Shown here one piece after another: positions 27,094-37,526 of a stretch of 56,709 nt of DNA. The stretch is from an uncultured Synergistaceae bacterium (GTDB lineage: Bacteria > Synergistota > Synergistia > Synergistales > Aminobacteriaceae), in contig CAYWKH010000003.1 in assembly GCA_964458805.1 (NCBI GenBank), forward strand, positions 1 to 56,709. The letters run 5' to 3'. The position numbers and the translations under genes are program-made. Under the pieces are notes generated by a model. The model ran no database searches. It was not told the DNA's origin and saw only the letters and a list, made by a program, of their open reading frames with translations. Position 1 is the stretch's first letter, and every line of letters begins with the position of its first letter.

Positions 27094-28383
27094 CTAGAGG
27101 TTCAGCAGCCGCGGGATAAACGTGGTCAGCGCCGGGAACGAAATGACCGCGACCAGGACCGCCATCGCGACGCCGATGAAGGGCCAGATGTGTATGAACA
27201 CGTCGGACAGCTTCACCTTTCCCACGGCCGCCACGATGTAGTTGCATGCGCCCATGGGCGGGGTTATAAGGGCGATGGTGACGTTAAGAGTCATCACAAC
27301 ACCAAAATGGATCGGATCGATCCCGGCCTTGAGCGCTATGGGGGTGAAGATCGGCGTCAGCAGGGCGAGGGTGGAGACCTCCTCCATGAACATCCCGACC
27401 GGGAAGATGATCGCGCTTAGCACCATCATAAGCACCCACGGGCTCTCATGGAAGCCGGACTCCAGTATGAACGAGGCAAAGCGCTGCGGAACCCTCTCCC
27501 ACTTCAGGAGCCAGCCTATCACCATCGCGGCGCCCATTATCAGGAATATGGAACTCGTCAGCCTGGCGGCCTCGTACAGCGACTCGCCGATCACTCTGAG
27601 CGTCAACTGCCTGGTGTACAGGACCCCGGCTACGAAGCAGTAGGCCACCGCCAGCGCGCCGGACTCGGTCGGGGTCACGACGCCGCTCACTATACCCCCG
27701 ATGATGATCAGCGGGGCCAGCAGGGCTACTACCGACCTGGAGAGTATCTCCCTCTTCCTCTTGCGTATCTCCCCGAAGTCGGCCACCGGGACATGGTAGC
27801 GATGGGAGTAGACGTAGTTCATCACCATGAACGCCGCGCCCAGCAGCAGGCCGGGCAGGATTCCGGCGGCGAACAGACCCCCGATGGACGTGTTGGTCAT
27901 GGAAGCGTAGATGATCATGAAGATGCTGGGGGGTATTATCGGGCCTATCAGGGAGCTGCCTGCGGTGATGCCGGCGGAGTAGGCGGGGGAGAAGCCGTCC
28001 TTTATCATGGCGGGTATGAGGATTGAGCCGAGCGCGGATGCGTCGGCCGCGGCGGAGCCGTTCACCCCGGCCAGGATGATGCTTCCGACCACGTTGACAT
28101 AGCCGAGCCCGCCCCTGACCGATCCCACCAGCAGGCGGCTGAAGTCGAGCAGCCTGTCCGTCAGTCCCCCCCTGTTCATCAGGATGCCGGCCAGGATGAA
28201 AAACGGGATGGCCATCAGGGAGAAAACATCCATGCCCCCGAAGAACTGCTGGCTCATCACCCTCAGCAGGGAGAGGTCGCCGAGCATGACCACCCCGAGC
28301 AGCGAAGTCGACAGGAGGGACAGATACAGCGGAGTCCCGAGGACCATGAGCGCCAGGAATACTATCAGCATTGACAAGCCCAC
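27094..28383 (-). CDS. dctM: TRAP transporter large permease (DctM)
   Basis: 'IPFFILAGILMNRGGLTDRLL', about 12 TM. Its stop lies 25 nt upstream of ddpX. Confidence 0.9.
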   Translation of the reverse strand: MGLSMLIVFLALMVLGTPLYLSLLSTSLLGVVMLGDLSLLRVMSQQFFGGMDVFSLMAIPFFILAGILMNRGGLTDRLLDFSRLLVGSVRGGLGYVNVVGSIILAGVNGSAAADASALGSILIPAMIKDGFSPAYSAGITAGSSLIGPIIPPSIFMIIYASMTNTSIGGLFAAGILPGLLLGAAFMVMNYVYSHRYHVPVADFGEIRKRKREILSRSVVALLAPLIIIGGIVSGVVTPTESGALAVAYCFVAGVLYTRQLTLRVIGESLYEAARLTSSIFLIMGAAMVIGWLLKWERVPQRFASFILESGFHESPWVLMMVLSAIIFPVGMFMEEVSTLALLTPIFTPIALKAGIDPIHFGVVMTLNVTIALITPPMGACNYIVAAVGKVKLSDVFIHIWPFIGVAMAVLVAVISFPALTTFIPRLLNL

Positions 28384-28387
28384 GGGT

Positions 28388-28900
28388 CTACTCCTCCCCC
28401 CGGTTGAACCAGGTCAGTATCGTCCCCGCCAGCAGCAGGAGGAACCCCACCGGGACGGAGAGCAACGGAATTGTCTTTGGTATGTTGAGGGCGATGGTCC
28501 TCATGCCCCGCATCTGCATGGCGTTGATCGTACCTACATATATCATGAGCGACAGGATCAGCAGGGCCAGGAGGAACCTCCCCCACTCGACCAGGCGGCG
28601 CATGGCGGCGGGAAGGCGCGGGACGACGAAGTCGATCGCCATGTGGTCGCCTCTCACCGCCGCACCCAGCGCGCCGACCATGACCATCCACACCAGCGAG
28701 AAGCGGGCGACCTCCTCGGTCCAGATCAACGAGCTCTTGAGCACATAGCGGCAGAATACGCCAAGGATGATGTCCCCCACGTTGATTAAAAGCAGTATGC
28801 ACGCTCCCCAGGCGCTTATCCGCTCGAGCCTGCGGATCCAGAGATCCAAGACGGCACCGCCCTCGCCGGTATTCAAACCGGATGGCATGGTCGTCAACAT
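28388..28900 (-). CDS. dctQ: TRAP transporter small permease (DctQ)
   Basis: 'IWTEEVARFSLVWMVMVG', 4 TM. Confidence 0.8.
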   Translation of the reverse strand: MLTTMPSGLNTGEGGAVLDLWIRRLERISAWGACILLLINVGDIILGVFCRYVLKSSLIWTEEVARFSLVWMVMVGALGAAVRGDHMAIDFVVPRLPAAMRRLVEWGRFLLALLILSLMIYVGTINAMQMRGMRTIALNIPKTIPLLSVPVGFLLLLAGTILTWFNRGEE

Positions 28901-28909
28901 CGTCGCCTG

Positions 28910-29965
28910 CTACTTCCTTGTCTTCTCGTTGGCGTTCCTGGCGCACTCAAGCGCGAGGTCCAGCCAGTCCTGCCCCGCCCTCTCCTTCAACCACTCGACG
29001 TAGGCAGGCTGTCCCGCGCTGCGGAACGTCTCCATCTCCTCGTCGTTTGGGGAGTAGGCGACCATGCCCTTCTCCACCAGGAAGTCAATATCTTTCTTGT
29101 CCTGCTCGGCCATTGCGTTGCGGTTGATCCCGTTCGCCTTTTTGGCCGCCTCCAGGACCACCTTCCTGTTCTCCTCCGACAGGGAGTCCATGAAGTCGCC
29201 GTTTATCACCAGGAACTGGTCGGAGTACTGGATATTGGCCAGAGTCAGGTACTTCTGGACCTCCTGCAGGCTGCCCATCTTGATATACATCGCGGGGTTC
29301 ATCTGACCGTCCACCACCCCGGTCTTGAGCGCCAGGTAGAGCTCGGTCCACGGCACGGGGGTGCCGCTCGCGCCGAACGACTTGTACAGGATCACCTGGC
29401 CCTCGTCCATCCCGCGGAACTTCAGTCCATCGAAGTCCTTGGCGCTGCGTATCTCCCTGACGTTGTTCGAGAAGGCGAGGAAGCCGCCCTCCTCCACCGC
29501 CTCGAGCAGGTAGGCTCCGGTGCGTGCGTGGAACTCCTCCTTGGCCCTGTTCCAGAAGCGGCTCTCGTCGAAGAAAAAGTGCGCCGCCTCGAAGCTGTCG
29601 AACATGAAGGGGATGGCCGTGGCGTATATCTCCGGGAACACCGGCGCCACCCCGGCGAAGGAGGCGACATTCACGACCGGCAGGTTCATACCCTGCTTAA
29701 CCAGGAGCTCCATCCGCTCCTCCTCGTTCCCGAGCTGACTGTCGGGGAAGAGTCCGATAATCACCTCGCCCTTCGTCCCCTCCTCGACCAGCCTCTTGAA
29801 GTTCGCCGCGAAAAGGTGCACAGCGTTGTTCTCCTCGTCGGCCGGGCCGTTGTAGGACATCCTTACCTCCACCGCCGCCCAGGAACAGGCGGGGACCATG
29901 ACCGCGCACAGCACCAGGACCGCGATGACGGAGACCATCCTGACATACTTCATGGAGCTCACCAT
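28910..29965 (-). CDS. dctP: TRAP transporter solute-binding protein (DctP family)
   Basis: Signal peptide, then 'FPDSQLGNEEERMELL', 'GLKFRGMDEGQVILYKSFGASGTPV' and 'ALKTGVVDGQMNP'. An alternative ATG lies at 29953. Confidence 0.85.
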   Translation of the reverse strand: MVSSMKYVRMVSVIAVLVLCAVMVPACSWAAVEVRMSYNGPADEENNAVHLFAANFKRLVEEGTKGEVIIGLFPDSQLGNEEERMELLVKQGMNLPVVNVASFAGVAPVFPEIYATAIPFMFDSFEAAHFFFDESRFWNRAKEEFHARTGAYLLEAVEEGGFLAFSNNVREIRSAKDFDGLKFRGMDEGQVILYKSFGASGTPVPWTELYLALKTGVVDGQMNPAMYIKMGSLQEVQKYLTLANIQYSDQFLVINGDFMDSLSEENRKVVLEAAKKANGINRNAMAEQDKKDIDFLVEKGMVAYSPNDEEMETFRSAGQPAYVEWLKERAGQDWLDLALECARNANEKTRK

Positions 29966-30118
29966 CCTTTCTGATATTCGAGGATGCTTATGCCGGACAG
30001 ATCAACCCGGAACCCGTTGAAATCTCCCGCGAGGGCCTCCTCGACCGAACCCCGCGGCCTCCATGACCGCGGAACCTCGAATACTATTAGACCATAAAAC
30101 ACCCTTCACGTGCGGGAC

Positions 30119-32554
30119 TCAAGTCCTAATTGCTCTGCGGGCAAAGTCGGGCTTGACGCCCGCGCGCCGGATCCTGAGCAGCCCGCTCAGGGCGTCGTAC
30201 TGCCTCTCGCACGGCGACAGGTCGACGTCGGAGGCTACTATGCGGGCAAAGATATTCTGCGCCCTCCACAGGTCCAGGTCCCACCCCCTGTCCTTGAATA
30301 ACACAATCAGGGCTATGATGTCGCTCAGCACGTGCTCGTCGAGCGGCGACTGTTCGAGCAGGGAGGCCAGCCGGCCCAGCAGCTGCACCCCAGCGTGCTT
30401 CACGTATGCGGTGTCCACGCCCACCCCCAGTCTAACTCCCTCTGACATCTTCTCCCCAATGTGGGCGATGTCGGGGGAATCCCTCTCGAAGGCTCGCCTG
30501 ATCTCGTCGTTCAGCACCACCTCGGCGGCTCTCTTGAGAGTCTCCGGCACGGGCATGGACAGGTCCGACAACAGGGACAACAGCTCCGAGTAGTCCGATA
30601 CTGTCTGCCTAAGGGAGGAGACTACAGCGTCCATATCCTCTGCAATTATCATGTTCATTATCCGGCGCTGCTCGTCCTTGAACAGGTGCCGCAGGGAGTA
30701 GGTGTTGTGGCCGAAGAAGGAGACCAGCGCTTTGTCGTCGCCCTGTTGCAGCGCTTCCTCGATCCTTAGGCGGACTCCGTTCTCCCCCTCCGGCTCCGGC
30801 TTCTCCATCACGCCGCAGATGGCGCTCCGGCCTCCGCTGTACAGCGCGGCCGAGAACAACTCCTTCTCCTCCAGGGTCTGCTCTGAACGTATGCGAACAT
30901 ACCCGGCCACGTACCTGTTGGGGCCCTTGCTCCCTCGCCTCAGCGAGCAGGAGAGAATTCTGTATGAGTACAGAGTCTCGGCCTGGCCTCCGACACCGCT
31001 CTCCTCCCGGTCGAACAGGGTCGACAGGGCGTGGTTGGCTCCCGCGCGCATGAGGTCGGACGCCGCCTGGGCGACGAAGATTTCAAAAACCCGCCTGCCG
31101 TTGCGGAACTCCGCTATGTTGCTGGGGGCGCTCTCCAGAAGCCCTAAAAACGGCGTCCGCAGGTCCTCTCCCTGGAACAGCCGTACGCACAGCTCAAGCG
31201 CCCGCGCCGCGTAGGACATGACCTGTATGGTCTCTATTCCGGATATCTCGTCGAAGAACCAGCCGCAGCTCGTGTACATCAGCAACAGGTTGAGCTGGAG
31301 CTCCATAAGCCTGAGCCCCTTCACCATCTCCTCCGGCGACAGATCCCTGTCCGCCTCCCTCTCCATGAAGGCTGTCGGCGATGCCCTCGACCTGTCGAAG
31401 AAGACCTCTATGTACCTGTTCCTGGCCCCCCAGGGATCGGTGAACAGCCCCCTAGCCTCCCTCTCGAACAGTATGCCGGCGGAATCCCTGAGGCCGTCCA
31501 TGGCGCGACGCAGCGGGCACCGCCACTTCTGGTTCCAGCCGGGACGCGACTGCGCGGAGCAGCCGCAGTCCTCGCGCCACCTGCCGAGGCCATGGACGCA
31601 GCTCCATGAGGAGTCCTCGACAAGTCGAACCTCGTCCATCGGCGGGGAGAACTCGAGGTACTCCCCGAATACGGTCAGGGAGGCATCTCTCGATCTCTCC
31701 AATGTGTCGAGGCAGTAGGCGAGCGCCATGTCCCCGTACTTGTGGTGGTGCCCGAATGTCTCCCCGTCGGTGGCCACCGAGACGAAGTTGGACAGCGCCG
31801 CGCCTCCGGGGAGCTCGTCCATCAGCATCCTTGCGAAGTCGCCTCCGTTGTTGAGCGCGTCGCCGAAGGCCACCTTCTGCGCCAGCGCCCCGTGGTAGAA
31901 GAAGACGGCGATCGTGCGCCCCGACCGGAGGGAGCAGAAATACGGCTGCCCGGTGTCCACCCTCTCGCCGGTCACGTCAATCCAGTCGGCGTCGCCCCCC
32001 TCGCGCACCGACGCAGCCTGGCGGGGGGCGAGTATCACGAAGCGGATGCCCCGCTCGGCCATTATATCCAGCGTCTCGGAGTCCACCGCCGTCTCCGGGA
32101 GCCACATGCCCTCCGGGTCGCGCTGAAAACGGCGGCGAAAGTCCTCCATCCCCCACTCCACCTGTGTGACCTTGTCCCTGTGGTTGGCAAGCGGCATGAT
32201 GATGTGATTATATGCCTGGGCGATAGCCGGACCGTGGCCGGAGAAGCGCCTGGCCCCCAGGCGGTCCGCCTCCAGGATCGAGTAGTAGTGGAGCGGACGC
32301 TTTCTCTCCATCCAGGAGAGCAGGGTCGGGCCGAAATTGAAGCTTATCCGGGAGTAGTTGTTCACTATTCGCCTTATCCACCCCTGGTCGTCGTACAACC
32401 TGGCGGCGGAGTTCGGCCCGTAGCACTCCTCTGAGATACGCTCGTTCCAGTCGTGCCAAGGGGCGGCCGACTCCTGGATCTCGATCTCTCCTAGCCAGGG
32501 GTTCTCCCTCGGGGGCTGGTAAAAGTGGCCGTGCAGGCAGATGTAACGGGTCAA
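30119..32554 (-). CDS. GH57-family glycoside hydrolase with a long C-terminal extension
   Basis: N-terminus 'YICLHGHFYQPPRENPW' and 'ATDGETFGHHH' are GH57 hallmarks. 811 aa. Confidence 0.8.
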   Translation of the reverse strand: MTRYICLHGHFYQPPRENPWLGEIEIQESAAPWHDWNERISEECYGPNSAARLYDDQGWIRRIVNNYSRISFNFGPTLLSWMERKRPLHYYSILEADRLGARRFSGHGPAIAQAYNHIIMPLANHRDKVTQVEWGMEDFRRRFQRDPEGMWLPETAVDSETLDIMAERGIRFVILAPRQAASVREGGDADWIDVTGERVDTGQPYFCSLRSGRTIAVFFYHGALAQKVAFGDALNNGGDFARMLMDELPGGAALSNFVSVATDGETFGHHHKYGDMALAYCLDTLERSRDASLTVFGEYLEFSPPMDEVRLVEDSSWSCVHGLGRWREDCGCSAQSRPGWNQKWRCPLRRAMDGLRDSAGILFEREARGLFTDPWGARNRYIEVFFDRSRASPTAFMEREADRDLSPEEMVKGLRLMELQLNLLLMYTSCGWFFDEISGIETIQVMSYAARALELCVRLFQGEDLRTPFLGLLESAPSNIAEFRNGRRVFEIFVAQAASDLMRAGANHALSTLFDREESGVGGQAETLYSYRILSCSLRRGSKGPNRYVAGYVRIRSEQTLEEKELFSAALYSGGRSAICGVMEKPEPEGENGVRLRIEEALQQGDDKALVSFFGHNTYSLRHLFKDEQRRIMNMIIAEDMDAVVSSLRQTVSDYSELLSLLSDLSMPVPETLKRAAEVVLNDEIRRAFERDSPDIAHIGEKMSEGVRLGVGVDTAYVKHAGVQLLGRLASLLEQSPLDEHVLSDIIALIVLFKDRGWDLDLWRAQNIFARIVASDVDLSPCERQYDALSGLLRIRRAGVKPDFARRAIRT

Positions 32555-32614
32555 GAGTCCTCCCCTCCCATTCTCGGTTCCGTGGCCATAGTATAACCTT
32601 TATTTCGCTTCCTG

Positions 32615-34135
32615 GTGTACAATTATGGAAATAATAAGGAGGTGATCTCTCTGGGCAGGACCTGTGGAATTTTACTTCCTCTCTCATCGCTTCCAGGAAG
32701 ATGGGGGATCGGCGACCTAGGGCCGGAGTCGCGGCGATTCGTCGATTTTCTTTCCCGTACAGGGCAGAGGATCTGGCAGATGCTCCCGCTGTCCGAGACC
32801 GACGGGGCCATGGGAAACTCTCCGTACAGCTCGTCTTCCGCTTTCGCAGGCAGCCGTCTTTACATATCCCCGGACGACCTGGTCGATCGGGGGCTGCTGA
32901 CCGCCGATGAGGTCGAGGGCGCCCCGGTCTTCCCCTCCGACAGGGTGGACTACCGGGCGGTGCGCAGACACAGGGAACGTCTGCTGGAGAGGGCCTTCTC
33001 CAGGTTCTCCTCCGCGCGGGAGTACGAGGAGTTCCTGGAGGCCCAGTCATACTGGGTCTTCGACTACGCATTATTCGCGGCAATGAAGAAGCGCACGGGA
33101 GGCCGCTCCTGGGAGAGCTGGCCGGACGACCTGAAAAAGAGGGAGGTCCGGGAGATGGCACGGGCCCGCTTCTTCCTGACGGATGAGATTGACCGCGCCC
33201 TCTTTGAGCAGTTCCTGTTCTTCGAGGGAATGAAGAGGCTGAGGCGCGAGTGCGACGAGAAGGGGGTGGAGCTGCTTGGGGACCTGCCCATCTACGTCAA
33301 CTACGACAGCGCCGACGTCTGGGCGCACCAGGAGTTCTTCCAGCTCGATTCGGACATGGTCCCTACCCGCATAGCGGGCGTCCCGCCGGACTACTTCAGC
33401 AAGACGGGGCAGCTCTGGGGCAACCCCCTGTACGACTGGGAAGAGCTCGAGAGGGACAATTTCTCGTGGTGGACCAGGCGGCTCAAGCACTCGCTCTCGT
33501 TGTTTCACCTGGTGAGGATCGACCACTTCCGCGGGCTGCTGGGCTACTGGGCGGTTCCTTACGGGGACAGGACGGCCGAGAGGGGCGAGTGGCGCAGCGC
33601 GCGCCCGGAGGCCTTTTTCGGGGAGCTGCGCAGAAGCTTGCCCGGGATGTCCTTTCTAGCCGAGAACCTGGGGGTCATAACCCCGGACGTCACCGAGACG
33701 ATGGAGCGGATGGACTTCCCCGGGATGGCGGTGCTGCAGTTCGGCTTCAGCGGGGACGCGAGGGACAACCCGCATGCGCCTCACAACTACAGGGCGAACC
33801 TTGCCGCGTACAGCGGCACCCATGACAACAACACGGCGCTGGGGTGGTACAGCGAGGACGCCACTGCGGCCGAGAGGCTCGCCCTCGCCGAGTACGCGGG
33901 ACGGACCCCGACGTCGGAGGAGATCCCGGGAATCATGGTCAGGCTGGTGCTCTCGTCCGTCGCGGAGAGGGCCGTCATCCCCTTGCAGGATCACCTGGGA
34001 CTCGGGAGCGAGGCAAGGATCAACATGCCCTCCACCCCCTCCGGGAACTGGGAGTGGCGAGCGCAGGAGGAGCACTTCACCGAGGAGCTGGCACATAGGA
34101 TAAAGAGACTCGCGGAAATATACGGAAGAAATTGA
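32615..34135 (+). CDS. malQ: 4-alpha-glucanotransferase (amylomaltase, GH77)
   Basis: 'CGILLPLSSLPGRWGIGDLG', 'WQMLPL' and 'RIDHFRG'. The start is uncertain: GTG 32615 has no SD, and a strong SD at 32636-32642 is followed by no canonical start. Confidence 0.85.
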   Translation: MYNYGNNKEVISLGRTCGILLPLSSLPGRWGIGDLGPESRRFVDFLSRTGQRIWQMLPLSETDGAMGNSPYSSSSAFAGSRLYISPDDLVDRGLLTADEVEGAPVFPSDRVDYRAVRRHRERLLERAFSRFSSAREYEEFLEAQSYWVFDYALFAAMKKRTGGRSWESWPDDLKKREVREMARARFFLTDEIDRALFEQFLFFEGMKRLRRECDEKGVELLGDLPIYVNYDSADVWAHQEFFQLDSDMVPTRIAGVPPDYFSKTGQLWGNPLYDWEELERDNFSWWTRRLKHSLSLFHLVRIDHFRGLLGYWAVPYGDRTAERGEWRSARPEAFFGELRRSLPGMSFLAENLGVITPDVTETMERMDFPGMAVLQFGFSGDARDNPHAPHNYRANLAAYSGTHDNNTALGWYSEDATAAERLALAEYAGRTPTSEEIPGIMVRLVLSSVAERAVIPLQDHLGLGSEARINMPSTPSGNWEWRAQEEHFTEELAHRIKRLAEIYGRN

Positions 34136-34237
34136 TGAGGGCCTGCAATCGGCGCCCATTTCTGGTAGTATTCTATGCGAGGCGACCTTTCAGGCGCCTG
34201 CGCGGCAGAGCACTGTAGAAGAGGTGAGACCAAGCCA

Positions 34238-35977
34238 ATGATAACTCCGCATCATCAAAGAGAACTGGGAAGCTCGATACGCAGGCTTATGGAGACGGAC
34301 CCGGCGTTTCGGCCGGTGGCCTACCTGTCGATGGAGATAGGCATAAAGGAGTCCATTCCGACATACTCGGGAGGTCTCGGGATACTGGCGGGAGACATAC
34401 TCAAGAGCGCCGCCGACCTGGGCGTCCCGGTGGTGGGGCTTACGCTCCTCTACCGCAAAGGTTACTTCAACCAGGGGTTCAACTCCGACGGGTGGCAGAC
34501 GGAGAAACCGGTGCTGTGGCAGCCGGTGCAGGAGCTTACCCTGCTGCCGAACCAGGTATCGCTGACCCTGCAGAACAGGGAGGTCCACGTCAGGGCCTGG
34601 CAGTACGAGATACTGGGCAACACCGGGCACCCGGTCCCGGTCTTCTTTCTGGACACGGACTTCGACAACAACCACCCCGACGACCGCAAGTTGACCTGGC
34701 ACCTTTACGGCGGCGACCAGATGTACCGGCTGTGCCAGGAGATGGTGCTGGGCGTGGGCGGACTTCGAATGCTGCGCGACCTGGGGTACAAGAACATCGA
34801 GACGTTCCACATGAACGAGGGTCACGCCGGCTTCCTGACGCTTGAGCTCATGAGGGAGCAGGGGTACTTCGATATCGACAAGATACGGGAGCAGGTCATA
34901 TTCACGACTCACACGCCTGTACCCGCCGGGCACGACTTCTTCCGCTTCGACCTGGTAGACAAGGCGATCTCGTCCGAGGCCCTGTCCGACCTCAAGAGGA
35001 TGCTGCCGAACTCCGACGGCGTGTCGATGACCGAGCTGGGCATAAGGTTCAGCCGCTACGTCAACGCGGTGTCCAAGAAGCACGCGGAGGTCAGCCGCAA
35101 CATGTTCTCCATGCCCGAGATAGACTGGATCACCAACGGCATACACCCAGGCACCTGGGTAAGCCCAGGTATGCGCAGGCTTTTCAGCGCCCACATCCCT
35201 GGCTGGGAGAACAACCCCGGCAGGCTCGTCCAGGCGGTGAAGATCCCCTCCGACGATATCTGGACCGCCCACCAGGCGTCCAAGCTTCGGCTGCTGGCCC
35301 TGATCATGGAGCAGACCAAGCAGCAGTTCGACCTCAACGTGCTCACCATAGGCTTCGCGAGGCGGGCGGCGACCTACAAGCGCGCAGACCTGCTCTTCTC
35401 CAACATGAAGCGACTGCTGGAGGTGGGGGCGGGCAAGATACAGCTCGTTTTCGCGGGGAAGTCGCACCCGCGCGACGACGGGGGCAAGGCCGTCCTGCAG
35501 CGCCTCCTCAGCGTCTCCCAGAAGGTGGGGGACATGATCCCGATCGTCTTCCTCGAGAACTACGACATGGACAAGGGAGCGATGATCACCCAGGGGGTGG
35601 ACCTGTGGTTGAACACCCCCCTGCGCCCGCGCGAGGCCTCGGGTACCAGCGGGATGAAGTGCGCGATAAACGGCGTGATGAACTTCTCCGTGCTGGACGG
35701 ATGGTGGATCGAGGGGTGGCTCGAGGACGTCACCGGGTGGTCTATAGGGCCCGACCCCACGGAATCGGAGATGATCCACTACGACGAGTCGCTCGACGCC
35801 AACGACCTGTACGACAAGCTCGAGAGAAAGATAATCCCGACCTACTACAACAACAGGGAGAAGTGGGTGTGGATGATGCAGAGGAACATCGCGTTCAACG
35901 GGAGCTACTTCAACACCCAGAGGGTCGTCCGCGAGTACTGCGAGAAGGCTTACAACGTGAGCTTCAGGGGGATGTGA
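34238..35977 (+). CDS. glgP: Alpha-glucan (glycogen/maltodextrin) phosphorylase, short GT35 type
   Basis: 'YLSMEIG...PTYSGGLGILAGD' and the PLP site 'EASGTSGMKCAINGV'. Confidence 0.9.
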   Translation: MITPHHQRELGSSIRRLMETDPAFRPVAYLSMEIGIKESIPTYSGGLGILAGDILKSAADLGVPVVGLTLLYRKGYFNQGFNSDGWQTEKPVLWQPVQELTLLPNQVSLTLQNREVHVRAWQYEILGNTGHPVPVFFLDTDFDNNHPDDRKLTWHLYGGDQMYRLCQEMVLGVGGLRMLRDLGYKNIETFHMNEGHAGFLTLELMREQGYFDIDKIREQVIFTTHTPVPAGHDFFRFDLVDKAISSEALSDLKRMLPNSDGVSMTELGIRFSRYVNAVSKKHAEVSRNMFSMPEIDWITNGIHPGTWVSPGMRRLFSAHIPGWENNPGRLVQAVKIPSDDIWTAHQASKLRLLALIMEQTKQQFDLNVLTIGFARRAATYKRADLLFSNMKRLLEVGAGKIQLVFAGKSHPRDDGGKAVLQRLLSVSQKVGDMIPIVFLENYDMDKGAMITQGVDLWLNTPLRPREASGTSGMKCAINGVMNFSVLDGWWIEGWLEDVTGWSIGPDPTESEMIHYDESLDANDLYDKLERKIIPTYYNNREKWVWMMQRNIAFNGSYFNTQRVVREYCEKAYNVSFRGM

Positions 35978-35983
35978 TCCCAA

Positions 35984-37450
35984 GTGGCCGCCGCGTCCGA
36001 TGCGCAGGATAAGAAGATACTGCATGTAGCCCCCGAAGCGGTCCCGTTCTGCAAGGTCGGCGGGCTGGCGGACGTGGCCGGCTCGCTTCCCCTATTCCTG
36101 AGCAGGGGAGGCGCCGACTGCCGGTTGCTGTTGCCTGCGTGGGACGGGGTCCTGGACACAGCGCGGGAGGAGGGGCTGAAGCTGGAGCGCCTTCCTAGGG
36201 GCGTCTGCGCGGCGATGGACTGGCGTGCGTACGAAGGAACGGTCTGGCGTGCCGCCTGGGGGGAGATGACCGTCTACTTCCTCGAGTCGCACCTCTTCCG
36301 CGGCGGGAAGATATACCCTGACCAGCTGGACCCCGACACGGTCCTGCCCTTTGTCTTTCTGTCCTATGCCGCGCTCGAGCTCGAGAATGCCGTCGATTGG
36401 AGGCCCGGCATCATTCACTGTCACGACTGGGGGACCGCCCCTCTCGTGATAGCCCTCGCATGGCACAGGCACTACCGTCACAGGCGGGACGGCTACGGCA
36501 CGGTGTTCACGATACACAACCTGGCCCACCAAGGGCTCCTCCCCCTACAGTCCCCGCGCGAGTGGGGCATAGAGGACGATGCCTTCACGGTCGACGGGCT
36601 TGAATACTACGGCTTGGCGAACCTGATGAAGGGCGCGATCGCCGTGGCGTCGGCGGTGACCACCGTCAGCCCTGCCTACGCGCGCGAGATACAGACCGAC
36701 GAGGGCGGCGCGGGGCTCGGAGGTCTTCTCAGAAGCCACAGCCACAAGGTTCGGGGAATCCTGAACGGACTGGACACCCGGTACTGGGACCCGGCGGCGG
36801 ACCCGCTTCTGCCGTCCAACTACTCCAGCGCCAACCTGAGAGGGAAGAAAAAGTGCAGGGACACGCTGTTCGAGACCTTCGGCTGGAGGGACGACGGGCG
36901 TCCCCTGTTCTCATCGGTGAGCAGGATGGTCGACCAGAAGGGTTTCGACATACTTCTGCCGGCAATAGACAGGGTGCTGGACCTCGGATGCCGCCTGTTC
37001 TTCGTCGGAAACGGGCAGCACGAGTACGAAGACGCCCTGCTTGAAGTAATCGGACGCCGCCCCGACTCGGTCGCGGCGTTCATCAGGTATGACGAGCGGA
37101 TGGCCCACCTGGCCTACGCCGCCGCCGATTTTTTCCTCATGCCATCCAAATTCGAGCCGTGCGGCCTGTCTCAGCTGATCGCCCTTCTGTACGGCGCACC
37201 GCCGGTGGCGCGATCGGTGGGGGGCCTTGCGGACACCGTCTTCGAACACGGAACCACCAGTGGAAACGGTTTTCTCTTTTTCGACTACAGTGCGGACGCC
37301 CTGCTCGACGCGGTCGGGAGGGCGCGCGCCCTCTTCCGCAACGACCGCGGGGGCTACCGTGCGCTGCAGAGGGAGGGGATGAACTCGGACTTCTCGTGGA
37401 ATCGCTCCGCGCCGATCTACCGCGAGCTCTACCAGTCGCTCTCGCCCTGA
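35984..37450 (+). CDS. glgA: Glycogen synthase (ADP-glucose type, GT5)
   Basis: 'ILHVAPEAVPFCKVGGLADV' and 'PSKFEPCGLSQL'. GTG start. Confidence 0.9.
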   Translation: MAAASDAQDKKILHVAPEAVPFCKVGGLADVAGSLPLFLSRGGADCRLLLPAWDGVLDTAREEGLKLERLPRGVCAAMDWRAYEGTVWRAAWGEMTVYFLESHLFRGGKIYPDQLDPDTVLPFVFLSYAALELENAVDWRPGIIHCHDWGTAPLVIALAWHRHYRHRRDGYGTVFTIHNLAHQGLLPLQSPREWGIEDDAFTVDGLEYYGLANLMKGAIAVASAVTTVSPAYAREIQTDEGGAGLGGLLRSHSHKVRGILNGLDTRYWDPAADPLLPSNYSSANLRGKKKCRDTLFETFGWRDDGRPLFSSVSRMVDQKGFDILLPAIDRVLDLGCRLFFVGNGQHEYEDALLEVIGRRPDSVAAFIRYDERMAHLAYAAADFFLMPSKFEPCGLSQLIALLYGAPPVARSVGGLADTVFEHGTTSGNGFLFFDYSADALLDAVGRARALFRNDRGGYRALQREGMNSDFSWNRSAPIYRELYQSLSP

Positions 37451-37526
37451 GCGCGGGCCCCGGCAGCTAAAGGGGAACGGCACGAATCATGGATGAAGAC
37501 ATCGTCATGCAGAGGAGGGGAGAACC

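Noticed and set aside
34190-36025. 611-aa ORF on the minus strand opposite glgP
   Set aside because: Same shadow-ORF explanation. glgP on the plus strand has the PLP-site and GT35 motifs.
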